Assembly (NCBI GenBank): GCA_036399115.1
Contig: DASWNS010000222.1
Coordinates: 1-42,835 of the forward strand
Direction: 5' to 3'
DNA from: Pyrinomonadaceae bacterium
GTDB taxonomy: Bacteria > Acidobacteriota > Blastocatellia > Pyrinomonadales > Pyrinomonadaceae
Length of the DNA: 42,835 nt
Shown: piece by piece, positions 1 to 11,867 of the stretch
Position numbering within the stretch: the first letter of the stretch is position 1
How the letters are laid out: each line of letters begins with the position of its first letter
Notes under the pieces: model-generated
Databases searched by the model: none
Told to the model about the DNA's origin: nothing
The model's input: the letters and a program-made list of their open reading frames with translations, nothing else
Program-made: the position numbers and the translations under genes

Positions 1-388
1 CGCATGTCCGCTCCAGACGTTCGATCAACTCCACGGAGTCAACCGTGTGAATCAGGTCGAAGAGTTTGACGGCGCGGCGTGCCTTGTTCGATTGCAGATG
101 CCCTATGAGATGCCAGCGCGGGCGGCTCGCGCTGCGGTCGAGATCGGCGCGGCTCACGATCTCGATCTTCTCTCCCGCCTCCTGCACGCGGTTTTCGCCG
201 AAATCGGAGACGCCCGCGCGCATCGCTTCTATCACACGCTCCGCCGGATGCGTTTTGCTGACCGCGATCAAAGTGAGCGCGTCGCCGGATGTGCGTCCCG
301 CACGCCGCGCGCAGGCCGCAATGCGCGCGCGTATTTCATCCAGACGCGAACCCAGCGCGTCGTCTGCTGTCCGCAAAGTTTCCGTCAT
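1..388 (-). CDS. yggS: YggS-family pyridoxal-phosphate-binding protein (N-terminal 129 codons; 3' end outside window)
   Basis: Absent from the ORF track because it runs off the window edge. Manual reverse-strand translation from the ATG at 388 gives MTETLRTADDALGSRLDEIRARIAACARRAGRTSGDALTLIAVSKTHPAERVIEAMRAGVSDFGENRVQEAGEKI...RPRWHLIGHLQSNKARRAVKLFDLIHTVDS. AVSKT (PLP lysine), GENRVQE and HLIGHLQSNK are YggS hallmarks. The + strand ORFs 47..445 and 66..536 are its antisense shadows. Confidence 0.8.
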   Translation of the reverse strand, partial: MTETLRTADDALGSRLDEIRARIAACARRAGRTSGDALTLIAVSKTHPAERVIEAMRAGVSDFGENRVQEAGEKIEIVSRADLDRSASRPRWHLIGHLQSNKARRAVKLFDLIHTVDSVELIERLERTC

Positions 389-532
389 GACGGGTTCAAG
401 TTTCTGCACAATGTCTACAAAGGGTCTACGATGGCTCAACTATAACAAGCGGCGGCGGACACAGCAACACCGCTCTCCGACGCCTTGCGGGCAGGATGAA
501 ACACGCCTCCGAAACGCTCCCCGGGTCGCGCC

Positions 533-562
533 TTGACACCTTCGCTCCGCGCTCCGTATATT
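533..562 (+). promoter_or_regulatory. Putative sigma-70-type promoter for tRNA-Leu
   Basis: TTGACA (533-538), an 18-nt spacer, then TATATT (557-562). The -10 element ends 16 nt before the mature tRNA 5' end at 578. Confidence 0.4.
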
Positions 563-577
563 CGTTTCACGTCTCAC

Positions 578-661
578 GCGGATGTGGCGGAATTGGCAGA
601 CGCGCAGGTCTCAGAAGCCTGTGATGGTGACATCGTGGAGGTTCGATCCCTCTCATCCGCA
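578..661 (+). tRNA. tRNA-Leu (anticodon CAG), type II with long variable arm
   Basis: Hand-folded cloverleaf. Acceptor GCGGATG pairs with CATCCGC. The D arm is GCG/CGC. Anticodon stem CAGGT/GCCTG carries loop CTCAGAA. The variable arm is long (GATG-GTGA-CATC). The T arm is GGAGG-TTCGATC-CCTCT, and the discriminator is A. No encoded CCA. Confidence 0.9.
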
Positions 662-668
662 TAACAAC

Positions 669-754
669 AGAGGCCGGAAGTTAGAGTCTAAAGGCCAGCC
701 AGAAGCAAACTGTTCTGACTGGCCTTTAGACTCTCACCTCCGGCCTCTTTTTTA
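669..754 (+). terminator. Long hairpin plus T-run, likely intrinsic terminator after the tRNA (shared with the convergent gene)
   Basis: The arms are 669-698 (AGAGGCCGGAAGTTAGAGTCTAAAGGCCAG) and 719-748 (CTGGCCTTTAGACTCTCACCTCCGGCCTCT). That is 30 nt with 2 mismatches, followed by TTTTTT. Confidence 0.6.
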
Positions 755-1189
755 ATTGATCGATTCGGAAGCGGACTCCGGCGTCTGCGCCGAGCGCGCG
801 TCCATGATGAGGAGCGGCTGTTCGCTGAAGAGCGTGGAGTTGATGAGCGTCTGCACCCAGTATTCGCCGGGCGTGTGAAAGGTGATGTTGACGAAGAAGC
901 TGACGTTATCCGTATGTCCGCCCTGTGCGATCACGAAAGGCGCGGGTTCGGAGACGACGATGGGCTGCTTTTTGTCCGGCGACAGGATGCGCACCTCCGA
1001 GAGATAACGCCCCTCGCCACGCCAGTGGTTGACGACGGCAAATTTAATCAGGGCGACCGGCAACTGCTGCACCAGCATGTTCTGAAAGACGCCGATCAGG
1101 GATAACTTGTTGCCGACTTCCAAACGTACGTCGTCGCAAAAGATCGAATAGGCGAGTTCGAGTTTGTTCGCTTCGTTCGTTGTGCTCAT
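752..1189 (-). CDS. Hypothetical protein (unrecognised family)
   Basis: ORF 752..1240. I prefer the internal ATG at 1189 (MSTTNEANK...), which is preceded by GGAGATGG. No motif recognised. Confidence 0.55.
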   Translation of the reverse strand: MSTTNEANKLELAYSIFCDDVRLEVGNKLSLIGVFQNMLVQQLPVALIKFAVVNHWRGEGRYLSEVRILSPDKKQPIVVSEPAPFVIAQGGHTDNVSFFVNITFHTPGEYWVQTLINSTLFSEQPLLIMDARSAQTPESASESIN

Positions 1190-1243
1190 GCCATCTCCAA
1201 TTTCAATAGACTTTAGAAAACCGCTCCACAGCCCCGCCAACGA

Positions 1244-4724
<3,481 letters not shown>

Positions 4725-4733
4725 AAGAGAACA

Positions 4734-4889
4734 GTGACGAGTGACAAGTGACGAGTGACGAGCAAGTTAAAACCGTTGCCGTCGTATCTGACTTTCGTGT
4801 GCGTGACGCATGACGAGATCAAAGACAAGTTTGAAGACAGTTCTTCTCTTCTGTTTTAACTTGTCACTTGTCACTCGTCACTCGTCACT
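4734..4889. repeat. Heptamer-periodic inverted repeat pair (locus A)
   Basis: Left array 4734-4761 reads GTGACGA GTGACAA GTGACGA GTGACGA. Right array 4861-4888 reads TTGTCAC TTGTCAC TCGTCAC TCGTCAC. They are near-complementary and about 100 nt apart. The right array overlaps the stop codon of the GNAT gene. Confidence 0.7.
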
Positions 4890-5675
4890 AAAAAAAAGAT
4901 AGCACGGACGCGCGCCGTCGCGCTCGAAGCCGGCGCAGACGAGTCCGGCGTCCAGGTGTGCCTGAAACTCGGAGCGCACGCGCAGGAGTTCGCGCTGCGC
5001 CGTGAGTCCGTCTTCGCGCCTGAGACTGTTCCAATCGGGGGGAATCTCGACGGTGGCGGCGGGCGGGGAGGCTTGCGCCGCTCGCACGCCCCGCGCGATC
5101 TGTTCGACGCGCGGCGTGCGCAGTTCCCACTGCGCGATCAGGCGGTCGCTATCAATATTGAACTGTTTTCCGTCCGCGAAGGCTTCCGTCCCGGCGTCCC
5201 AGCCGTAGAAGTTGACGCCGTAGGAGCGTATGACGACGCCGAGGCGGTTGAGATTGAAGTGCGCATTGCGCGCCTGCATCGGCTCGAAAGTCCAGCGGAT
5301 GAAGTTGCGCCCCTCGGCCAGAGCGCGCTCGCGTTGCGCCCATTTGAGCCGCGCGCCTAAGCCACGGTTTTGATACGCGGCGGAGACGGCCATCATGTGC
5401 GAGTAGCCGATGATCTCTTCTCCGCGCACGGCGACGAGATGATGGACGAAGCCGACGAGTTCGCCGCTCGCCGCCGCAAACGCGCCGAGTATCCAGCCGC
5501 CCGCCAGACGCGAGACGATCAAGTGGCGGCGCGGTGAGAGTTCCAGATCGGGCATGTGGAACACTTCGCGCTGCAAACGCACGCACGTATCAAACTCTTC
5601 AATCGTCGTGCATTCGCGAATCACTACCTCTTCATCGCCACGCGCGCCGACAATTTTTCCCGTGTGCCCTGACAT
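4878..5675 (-). CDS. GNAT-family N-acetyltransferase
   Basis: The acetyl-CoA motif YQNRGLGARLKWAQRERA (Q/RxxGxG/A) is present. The start is set to the ATG at 5675 (MSGHTGK...) so it does not overlap the upstream gene. Confidence 0.75.
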   Translation of the reverse strand: MSGHTGKIVGARGDEEVVIRECTTIEEFDTCVRLQREVFHMPDLELSPRRHLIVSRLAGGWILGAFAAASGELVGFVHHLVAVRGEEIIGYSHMMAVSAAYQNRGLGARLKWAQRERALAEGRNFIRWTFEPMQARNAHFNLNRLGVVIRSYGVNFYGWDAGTEAFADGKQFNIDSDRLIAQWELRTPRVEQIARGVRAAQASPPAATVEIPPDWNSLRREDGLTAQRELLRVRSEFQAHLDAGLVCAGFERDGARPCYLFFSDE

Positions 5676-5731
5676 CGAAACTTTTGCCCTTCCGCAAGCG
5701 TGTTGTCGGGTGGAACTCGAAGGATAATAAA

Positions 5732-6202
5732 TCAAACGACGATTCTCGTGTACCAACTTTCCGGCACGCGCGCAATGCGTCGCTCGTCGGTGCGCGCCAC
5801 GATGTCGCTGCGGAAGTTGATCAGGACGAGGCGTTCCGGCTCGCGGTAGCGTTCGTCAATGGCAGCGCGCAGTTCTTCCGCGAGCGCGTTCGGATGGCTG
5901 ATGATTTTGAAGAGGACGAGGCGCGCGACCCCTGCATGTTTCAAGAGCCAGTGCGTCTTGCGCATGGCGGTCTGCCCGCACTCGCCCCAGAAAGCAAAAG
6001 GAGCTTCAAACTCACGGCCTCCGCCGCGCGCCACCAGATCGGGCTTATAACGCAGGCCGACGCGCTGTTCGATCTCAAGTGCGGGAAACTCAACGGCGAA
6101 CATCGCGTAGCCGAGCGCCTTCATCAACACGTGCTCGTAACTCTCGCCCGTCCGCTGCCACAGGCGCACGCGTCGCCCCGCCAGTTCGAAGTCGTAATGC
6201 AT
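5732..6202 (-). CDS. Hypothetical protein, possibly YaeQ-like PD-(D/E)xK fold
   Basis: 156 aa. By eye, YEHVLMKALGYAMF ... YKPDLVA ... FWGECG resembles the YaeQ pattern (helix, then PD, then E.G/E.K). Weak call. Confidence 0.45.
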   Translation of the reverse strand: MHYDFELAGRRVRLWQRTGESYEHVLMKALGYAMFAVEFPALEIEQRVGLRYKPDLVARGGGREFEAPFAFWGECGQTAMRKTHWLLKHAGVARLVLFKIISHPNALAEELRAAIDERYREPERLVLINFRSDIVARTDERRIARVPESWYTRIVV

Positions 6203-6291
6203 CGCCGAGTCCAGAAGTGCAAAGCCTCAAGTCAGAAGTCCGTGGAACGCGTCTGACTTGAGACTGCGGGACTTGGGGCTGCGGGACTTTT

Positions 6292-7659
6292 TCATTCCTT
6301 CGTCGGATACGCGGGAAGTTCGAGACAGACGGTTAGCCCTTTGGGCGCATCCGTGTTGGGCACGATTCTGCCGCCCAGCAGGGCGACGAGGCGTTGCGCG
6401 ATGACGAGGCCGAGTTCGTTCATGTTCGTGCCGCGCTCGTTCGGCGCATCAATCTCGATGACATCGAAGATGTGCGCGGCATCGGCGGGCGGGTCGCCTT
6501 CGTCGTGTATCTCGATGCACAGTTCGGCGGGCGTGCGCTTGAAAGCGTTGATCGAGACTAGGCCGCCGGAGGGGCTGCGACCGATGGCGTGCGCGAAGAA
6601 GTTGTAGAGCACCTGCCGGAGTTTGCCTTCGTCGGAGACGATTGTGCCGCAGTCGGGCGCAGTCGTGCAGTCGAGTTTCACGTCCTTCTTCTGCGCGAGC
6701 CGCACGACCGCCCCGCACGTCTCGCGCAGCGTTTCGCGCACGGAGAACTCGTGCAGGAAAAGCTCTGTCTGTCCCGCTTCGAGCCGCGAGAGATCGACGA
6801 GTTGTTTCAGACTCGTCTTGAGTTGGAGGCCGGAGTTCTGAATTTTCTCGCAGTAGCGTTGTTGCGGCGGCGTCAGGTGTTCGTGTTCGAGCAGGATCTC
6901 CGAGAAGCCGAGCATGGAGGTGAGCGGCGTGCGCAGTTCGTGCGACATGCGCGCGAGAAAGAGCGAGCGATAACGCGCCACGCGCTGCAACTCAAGATTG
7001 GCCGCTTCGAGCGCGCTGCTCCGCTCGCGCAACTCCGCCACGAGTTGTTCGATCTGCTCGCGCTGTTCCCTCATCGCCGCCACGCGTCGCGCATTGCCGA
7101 GCGCGATGACGATGGGCGCGGCGATGAAGCGCAGGCCGTTGGCAGCCGCGCGCAGGCGTTCCGGGTGCGATGAGATGGCGACGATAGAACCGATGAGCGT
7201 GCCGCGCGCATAGATGGGCAGGGCGAGAGCCGCGCGGATGCCCGTCTCGGCCAGAAGGGCGCGCACCGCAGACTCCGCCGCGCCCTCGTCATTCGCCTCT
7301 TTGTCCAGCCACACCTGCCATTCACGCCCCGACTCTTCCACGCCGTTCGACAGCAGGTGGCCGACGCGCCGCCCCTGAGCTTCGTCCATGTGCGGGTGTG
7401 TGTGAATCGCGCTTTCGCGCAGGCGTCCGTCCGCATCGCGCAGGAAGGTGATCAGACAGCAGAGATTCCAGTGGCGCAGCAAAAGTTCGGAGAAGGCAGC
7501 GCAGACCGCTGCCTCGGTGGCATACTCATCCGGCGCAAAAATCTGCGTGTAGAAGATGTCTACAACCTCTGCGCCGAGCGCACTGAGTTCCTCTGACGCA
7601 GCCTCGGATTCATCCTGCAAGGAGAAGGGCTGCAAACTCTTTTTCACTTGTGCGTTCAT
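6292..7659 (-). CDS. Sensor histidine kinase with N-terminal GAF-like domain
   Basis: The H-box is SHELRTPLTSMLGFSE, preceded by a coiled coil. The HATPase region includes RQVLYNFFAHAI ... DEGDPP ... GLVIAQRL. Confidence 0.9.
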   Translation of the reverse strand: MNAQVKKSLQPFSLQDESEAASEELSALGAEVVDIFYTQIFAPDEYATEAAVCAAFSELLLRHWNLCCLITFLRDADGRLRESAIHTHPHMDEAQGRRVGHLLSNGVEESGREWQVWLDKEANDEGAAESAVRALLAETGIRAALALPIYARGTLIGSIVAISSHPERLRAAANGLRFIAAPIVIALGNARRVAAMREQREQIEQLVAELRERSSALEAANLELQRVARYRSLFLARMSHELRTPLTSMLGFSEILLEHEHLTPPQQRYCEKIQNSGLQLKTSLKQLVDLSRLEAGQTELFLHEFSVRETLRETCGAVVRLAQKKDVKLDCTTAPDCGTIVSDEGKLRQVLYNFFAHAIGRSPSGGLVSINAFKRTPAELCIEIHDEGDPPADAAHIFDVIEIDAPNERGTNMNELGLVIAQRLVALLGGRIVPNTDAPKGLTVCLELPAYPTKE

Positions 7660-7774
7660 GCGGCAATGACCCTAGCCTCCCGCCTGCGCGAAACGGCTAA
7701 ACGTGCTTCAATTGTCGGGAGCAGCTATTGTCCGAACTATAAATCGTCGCTCGCGCGAGTGTCAACGAAGCAAA

Positions 7775-7865
7775 GGATGAACGCGGAACGCGGAAGGATG
7801 AACTAAAAACCGCTCAAGTTATCGAGTGGGTTTCTTATTCATCGTTCAACGTTCCGCGTTCATCC
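7775..7865. repeat. Heptamer-periodic inverted repeat pair (locus B)
   Basis: Left array 7775-7802 reads GGATGAA CGCGGAA CGCGGAA GGATGAA. Right array 7838-7865 reads TTCATCG TTCAACG TTCCGCG TTCATCC. The pair sits in the divergent region between the kinase gene and the J-domain gene. Confidence 0.7.
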
Positions 7866-7916
7866 TTTCCTCTGTTATGATTGCCTGCGGAGGGAAGTTC
7901 CGCCTTTACCTGCTCG

Positions 7917-9443
7917 ATGAACGGTCATTTGCGCGAGCGCCCACTCGCCGAACTCATCAGGGAAATCATCGCCGCCAAACTTTCGGGTGCGCTTCGTCTT
8001 GCGCGCGAACGCGTGCAGGCCGTCGTCTATGCGGAAGCGGGGCAGATCGTCTTTGCGCGCTCGAATTTGCGCGTGCACCGGCTGGCCGTCTGTCTCAACA
8101 GGTGGGGCGTGCTGGCGGAAGATAAGTTGTCGGCGCAGGTGACGGAGTTTATGTCGGACGCGGAAGCGAGCGCGTCACTCGTCGCCTCGGGCGCGCTGAC
8201 CGCAGACGCGCTCGCCAAACTTCTCGCGCGGCAAGCGACCGACGTGTTGCGCCCGCCGCTCTTATGGACGGAAGGTGAATGGAGCTTCGACCCACGCGCA
8301 CGGCTCGTCGAAGACGTGCGCTGCAAACTCGAACTGCACCAACTGCTCGTCGAAGCCGCACGCCAACTCCCCGCAGAGTTTGTCGCCGCGCGGCTCGCCG
8401 ATGACGCAGAGATCATTTCACCCGTCACAGAACTCCCCGCGCAACTCCAACTCAACGCGCCCGAAGGCTTCGTCCTGTCGCGTGTGGACGCGCCGCTCGC
8501 GCTCGGCGAACTGCTCGCCATCAGCGGTCTGCCTGAGACACAGGCGCGCCAGTGTGTCTATGCGCTCGCGCTCGGCGGCTTTCTCGCGCGCTCCGGGTGG
8601 CCTGTCGCGCTCTCCCCGGCGCAGGCTCCGGCGCAAGCCGCTGTGGCGGACAAAGCCGTTGCCGCCGGAGTCGCCAAGCCTGACGTGGTTGAAGATAAGC
8701 ACGCGCCCGCATCCGGCGCGCAGAACGCGGAGGCGACGCCCAACCCGCGCGCGGAGATCGACGCGCTCTTCGCGCTCGTCTATGACGCAGATCATTACCG
8801 GATTCTCGATGTCGGGCGTTCGGCTGACGGGGCGGCCATCAAGCGTTCTTACTACGCGCTCGCCAGACGCTTTCACCCCGACCGCTTCCAGCGCGACGCA
8901 GACGTTTCGCTGCGGACGCAGATCGAAGCCGCCTTCATGAAGATCACGCAAGCCTACGAGACGCTGCGCGACCCGCGCGCCCGCGCCGCCTACGAACTCA
9001 AACTCGGCACTCAGATAGACTCTTCCGGCGCGTCTTCCAAACCCTCCGCCGGGTCGAGCGCCAACACACACCTGACGCGCGAGCAGCGCGCCGCAGAGAG
9101 TTTCACGCAGGGAGTCGCCGCGCTCAAACTGAACAACCTTTCATCCGCCATCACGTTGCTCGGCGAGGCGACACGGCTCGCCCCACAGCAATCGCGTTAT
9201 CACGCTTTCTACGGCAGCGCGCTGGCGCGCGACGTACGCACGCGACATCAGGCCGAAGCCGAGTTGCAAACCGCGATCAAACTCGACGGCAACGATCCTG
9301 CGTATCACGTCATGCTCGCCGAACTCCTGCGCGTGCTCGGCCAATCGCTCCGCGCCGAACGCGAACTCGAACGCGCGCTCTCCCTCGACCCCAATCACGA
9401 CGCCGCGCGCCGCTTGCTCGACCAACTGCGAAAAAGGAAATAA
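7917..9443 (+). CDS. DUF4388 (PatA-like) / J-domain / TPR protein
   Basis: The N-terminus GHLRERPLAELIREIIAAKLSGALRL is DUF4388-like. The J-domain reads DHYRILDVGRSADGAAIKRSYYALARRFHPDR. C-terminal TPR-like repeats follow. The start is set to the ATG at 7917; the track start at 7881 is TTG. Confidence 0.85.
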   Translation: MNGHLRERPLAELIREIIAAKLSGALRLARERVQAVVYAEAGQIVFARSNLRVHRLAVCLNRWGVLAEDKLSAQVTEFMSDAEASASLVASGALTADALAKLLARQATDVLRPPLLWTEGEWSFDPRARLVEDVRCKLELHQLLVEAARQLPAEFVAARLADDAEIISPVTELPAQLQLNAPEGFVLSRVDAPLALGELLAISGLPETQARQCVYALALGGFLARSGWPVALSPAQAPAQAAVADKAVAAGVAKPDVVEDKHAPASGAQNAEATPNPRAEIDALFALVYDADHYRILDVGRSADGAAIKRSYYALARRFHPDRFQRDADVSLRTQIEAAFMKITQAYETLRDPRARAAYELKLGTQIDSSGASSKPSAGSSANTHLTREQRAAESFTQGVAALKLNNLSSAITLLGEATRLAPQQSRYHAFYGSALARDVRTRHQAEAELQTAIKLDGNDPAYHVMLAELLRVLGQSLRAERELERALSLDPNHDAARRLLDQLRKRK

Positions 9444-9445
9444 CA

Positions 9446-9487
9446 GTGACGAGTGACAAGTGACGAGCGACAGGTGGCGAGTGACGG
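9446..9487. repeat. Heptamer array (locus C, left)
   Basis: GTGACGA GTGACAA GTGACGA GCGACAG GTGGCGA GTGACGG, starting 3 nt after the stop codon at 9443. Confidence 0.7.
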
Positions 9488-9692
9488 GTTGGGAACCGGG
9501 CAAACTTCTATTAAGCGTGAGTGACAAAACCACCTTCCCTCTTCCTTTGCGCCTTCGCGCCTTTGCGTGAGTTAATTTCCCCGGTAAAGATAAGTCTCAG
9601 GCAAAGGCGCAAAGAAAACTCAGAGCGACGGGCGGCTGACGGTGTTCGTGAAATCCGCTTAAGTTAACCTGCCTGATTCGACGGCTTTTCTA

Positions 9693-9744
9693 TTCATCGT
9701 TTACGATTTACTATTCACTTCTTTCTGACTTGTCACTTGTCACT
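9693..9744. repeat. Heptamer array (locus C, right)
   Basis: TTCATCG TTTACGA TTTACTA TTCACTT CTTTCTG ACTTGTC ACTTGTC ACT. It ends 10 nt before the ATG at 9755. The last units are the complement of the GTGACAA-type units. Confidence 0.65.
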
Positions 9745-9754
9745 TTTTACGACT

Positions 9755-10636
9755 ATGGCTTCTCTGCAAACGAAATTAACGAACGAAGACGGGATCGCGC
9801 GCGAGGCGTTCACGCGTCTGGCGCGGGCGGCAGATGAATTTGAGGGCTACGCTCACCCGCACGCGGAACGGATCGCTGCGTTGTGCGGCGAGTTGGCGAA
9901 ACTGTTCGGGCTGGGTCGTGCGGATCGCGCGTCCCTGCACCTGGCCGCGCTCGCGCACGACCTGGGCGAGTTGGCGATGAAGCGCGATTACATCCGCCGC
10001 GCCGCGCCGCTCACCTTCGAGGAACGGCTCGATCTGGCGCGTCATCCCGTCATCGGCGAACAGGAGGCCGCGCGTGCGGGCGCAGACCGTGGCGCACAAC
10101 TGCTCGTCCGCTGGCATCAGGAATGGTGGAACGGCGCGGGCTACCCCGATGCGCTCTCGCGCGAACAGATTCCGCTCGCCGCGCGCCTTCTTCGCGTCGC
10201 AGACGCTTACGCCGCGCTCACGGATGCGCGCCCGTTTCGTCCCGCGTTCACGGAAGAGGAGGCGCGCCGTCACCTATCCGAGTGGGCTGGACTGGAGTTC
10301 GACCCGAACGTCGTCCGCGCTTTTCTCACCTTGCAGAATCTGCCCGCGCTCCGCTCCTTCGCGCGTCGTGATGAAGATGCGGCGGCGACCGCGACGCACG
10401 ACGCAGCGACGCAAGCAGACGAGCCGCGCGCTGACGCTCCGGCAGTTGACGCCCCGGCACTTAACGCTCAGGGATGGAACATCGGCGGTCATATTCCCGA
10501 AGCGGGAACGAACCCTTACGTCCAGCGCGCCGAGCCGAACGCAGAAAGCCGAACGCCCGCCCCTGAGCAAAGATTCGACACCGATCAAAAAACGGATAGC
10601 CTTCGAGACTATGACAGTTTAAGGAAGGCCGATTAA
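9755..10636 (+). CDS. HD-GYP domain protein (putative cyclic-di-GMP phosphodiesterase)
   Basis: HAERIAALC ... LAALAHDLGE (HD) ... HQEWWNGAGYPD (the GYP motif) ... RLLRVADAYAALTDARPFR. The start is set to the ATG at 9755. Confidence 0.85.
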   Translation: MASLQTKLTNEDGIAREAFTRLARAADEFEGYAHPHAERIAALCGELAKLFGLGRADRASLHLAALAHDLGELAMKRDYIRRAAPLTFEERLDLARHPVIGEQEAARAGADRGAQLLVRWHQEWWNGAGYPDALSREQIPLAARLLRVADAYAALTDARPFRPAFTEEEARRHLSEWAGLEFDPNVVRAFLTLQNLPALRSFARRDEDAAATATHDAATQADEPRADAPAVDAPALNAQGWNIGGHIPEAGTNPYVQRAEPNAESRTPAPEQRFDTDQKTDSLRDYDSLRKAD

Positions 10637-10666
10637 AGACCGTCTGGAAACCGTCTGGAAACCGAC

Positions 10667-11608
10667 ATGCCTGATTATTCCAACTCAACGCCGCGCGGCT
10701 GGCTCGCCTTCGAGTTGAGCGTCCTGCGCCGCTTACGCTTTCGTTCGCTCATTAATCCTTTCGCGGGCGAGCCTGATCTGGAAACGCACGTCAAGCGTTG
10801 GGGCGTGCGCGTCGCCGCGAACGATGCGGCGCGCTGGAGTTGGATCAAAGGGATCGCGCGCGTCGAAAATAACGGCGAGCGTTTGACCGGAGACGATCTG
10901 GAAGTGCTGCTCGAAGACGTTTACGTGCCGCGCTACCGTCTGCGCAATGCCGCGCTGCGTCGCTGGTTCTCCGAGACGGACGCGTGGTGGTTCGACAATC
11001 TGCGCGAAAACGCGGAGCGGCTCGAAGGCGAGATCAAACAATCGCTCGCACTCAATCTAGGGATGCTCGTCGGCGACTACGCCCTCTCCTTCGACGAAGA
11101 GACGCGCGAACTGCGCCAGCCGCTCTCGCGCGTCCTGCGCCGCCTGCACGAGACGCAGCCGCCCCCCTTTGACAACGGACAGCCGAACACGAGCACCAAC
11201 AAAGAGGCGCGCCAGTTCGTCGCCGAACAGAGAGGCGACCTGCTCTTTCTGCGCCTGCCCGCCCCTGCGCGCAGCAGTAGTGGCGGCGCGCAGGGGCGCG
11301 AGGGGCTTCCGGCGTGGCGCGAGGAATGGGTGCGCGGCGGCTCTGAATTTTGGGATGAATTTGAAGCGTCGCGTGCGGGGCGACTCGGCGGGCGCGTCGA
11401 AACCAAGGGTCAACACCTGCGTCTCATCGAAGAACTGCTCGAAGCCGCCGCGCACCTCAAGTCGTGGGCTATCGCGCACACGGAAGGCGGCTACACCACC
11501 ACCGAAGAACTCGTCGAGACGATCCGCCGCGTACGCAAAGTGGAAACCATCTACACCAAAGACTTCTCCGAACTACTCGGCGCGCGCGCCACGATCATCA
11601 CGACCTGA
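10667..11608 (+). CDS. Hypothetical protein with Dam-like (D12-class methyltransferase) N-terminal motif but degenerate DPPY
   Basis: By eye, SLINPFAGEPDLETHVKRWGVRVAANDAARW aligns with Dam CLVEPFVGAGSVFLNTDFSRYILADINSDL. Where DPPY is expected, the sequence reads DLLFLRLPAP. Confidence 0.55.
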   Translation: MPDYSNSTPRGWLAFELSVLRRLRFRSLINPFAGEPDLETHVKRWGVRVAANDAARWSWIKGIARVENNGERLTGDDLEVLLEDVYVPRYRLRNAALRRWFSETDAWWFDNLRENAERLEGEIKQSLALNLGMLVGDYALSFDEETRELRQPLSRVLRRLHETQPPPFDNGQPNTSTNKEARQFVAEQRGDLLFLRLPAPARSSSGGAQGREGLPAWREEWVRGGSEFWDEFEASRAGRLGGRVETKGQHLRLIEELLEAAAHLKSWAIAHTEGGYTTTEELVETIRRVRKVETIYTKDFSELLGARATIITT

Positions 11609-11867
11609 AAGAGGCGAATCCTGAACAGATAAAACCCGGATTCCGCCCGAAAGCCCTCAATCCTGCCCGAAATGTCGCCCGCGTTCAAACCTCGCGGGCA
11701 CAAGCCCGTTTGATTCGAATAGAAATAATCAGACATCCCTAATCTGACCAGCCTACATCTCACCAATAATCGACAGCTATCCTGATCTCCTCACTTAGTC
11801 TCCTGAGGAGTGTCCAACAGGTATAACAGGAGACAGGAAGTAACGACTGCCCTTTCGGAGGAATGAA

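Noticed and set aside
47-536. Two + strand ORFs (132 and 156 aa) at the window start.
   Set aside because: They are antisense shadows of the clearly recognisable yggS-type gene on the minus strand (1-388). They have an Arg/Ala-rich composition and no motifs.
578-661. tRNA-Leu as the integration site of the accessory island.
   Set aside because: About 12 kb of housekeeping-type genes separate it from the island. No integrase gene and no partial tRNA duplication were seen at the island edges.
6226-6285. Hairpin CTCAAGTCAGA/TCTGACTTGAG plus the CTGCGGGACT x2 repeat after the histidine-kinase gene, as a possible fourth heptamer locus.
   Set aside because: The periodicity is irregular (7, 8 and 15 nt) and the arms are short. 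It is probably just the terminator of the kinase gene, so it is mentioned only as a weak relative of the heptamer loci.
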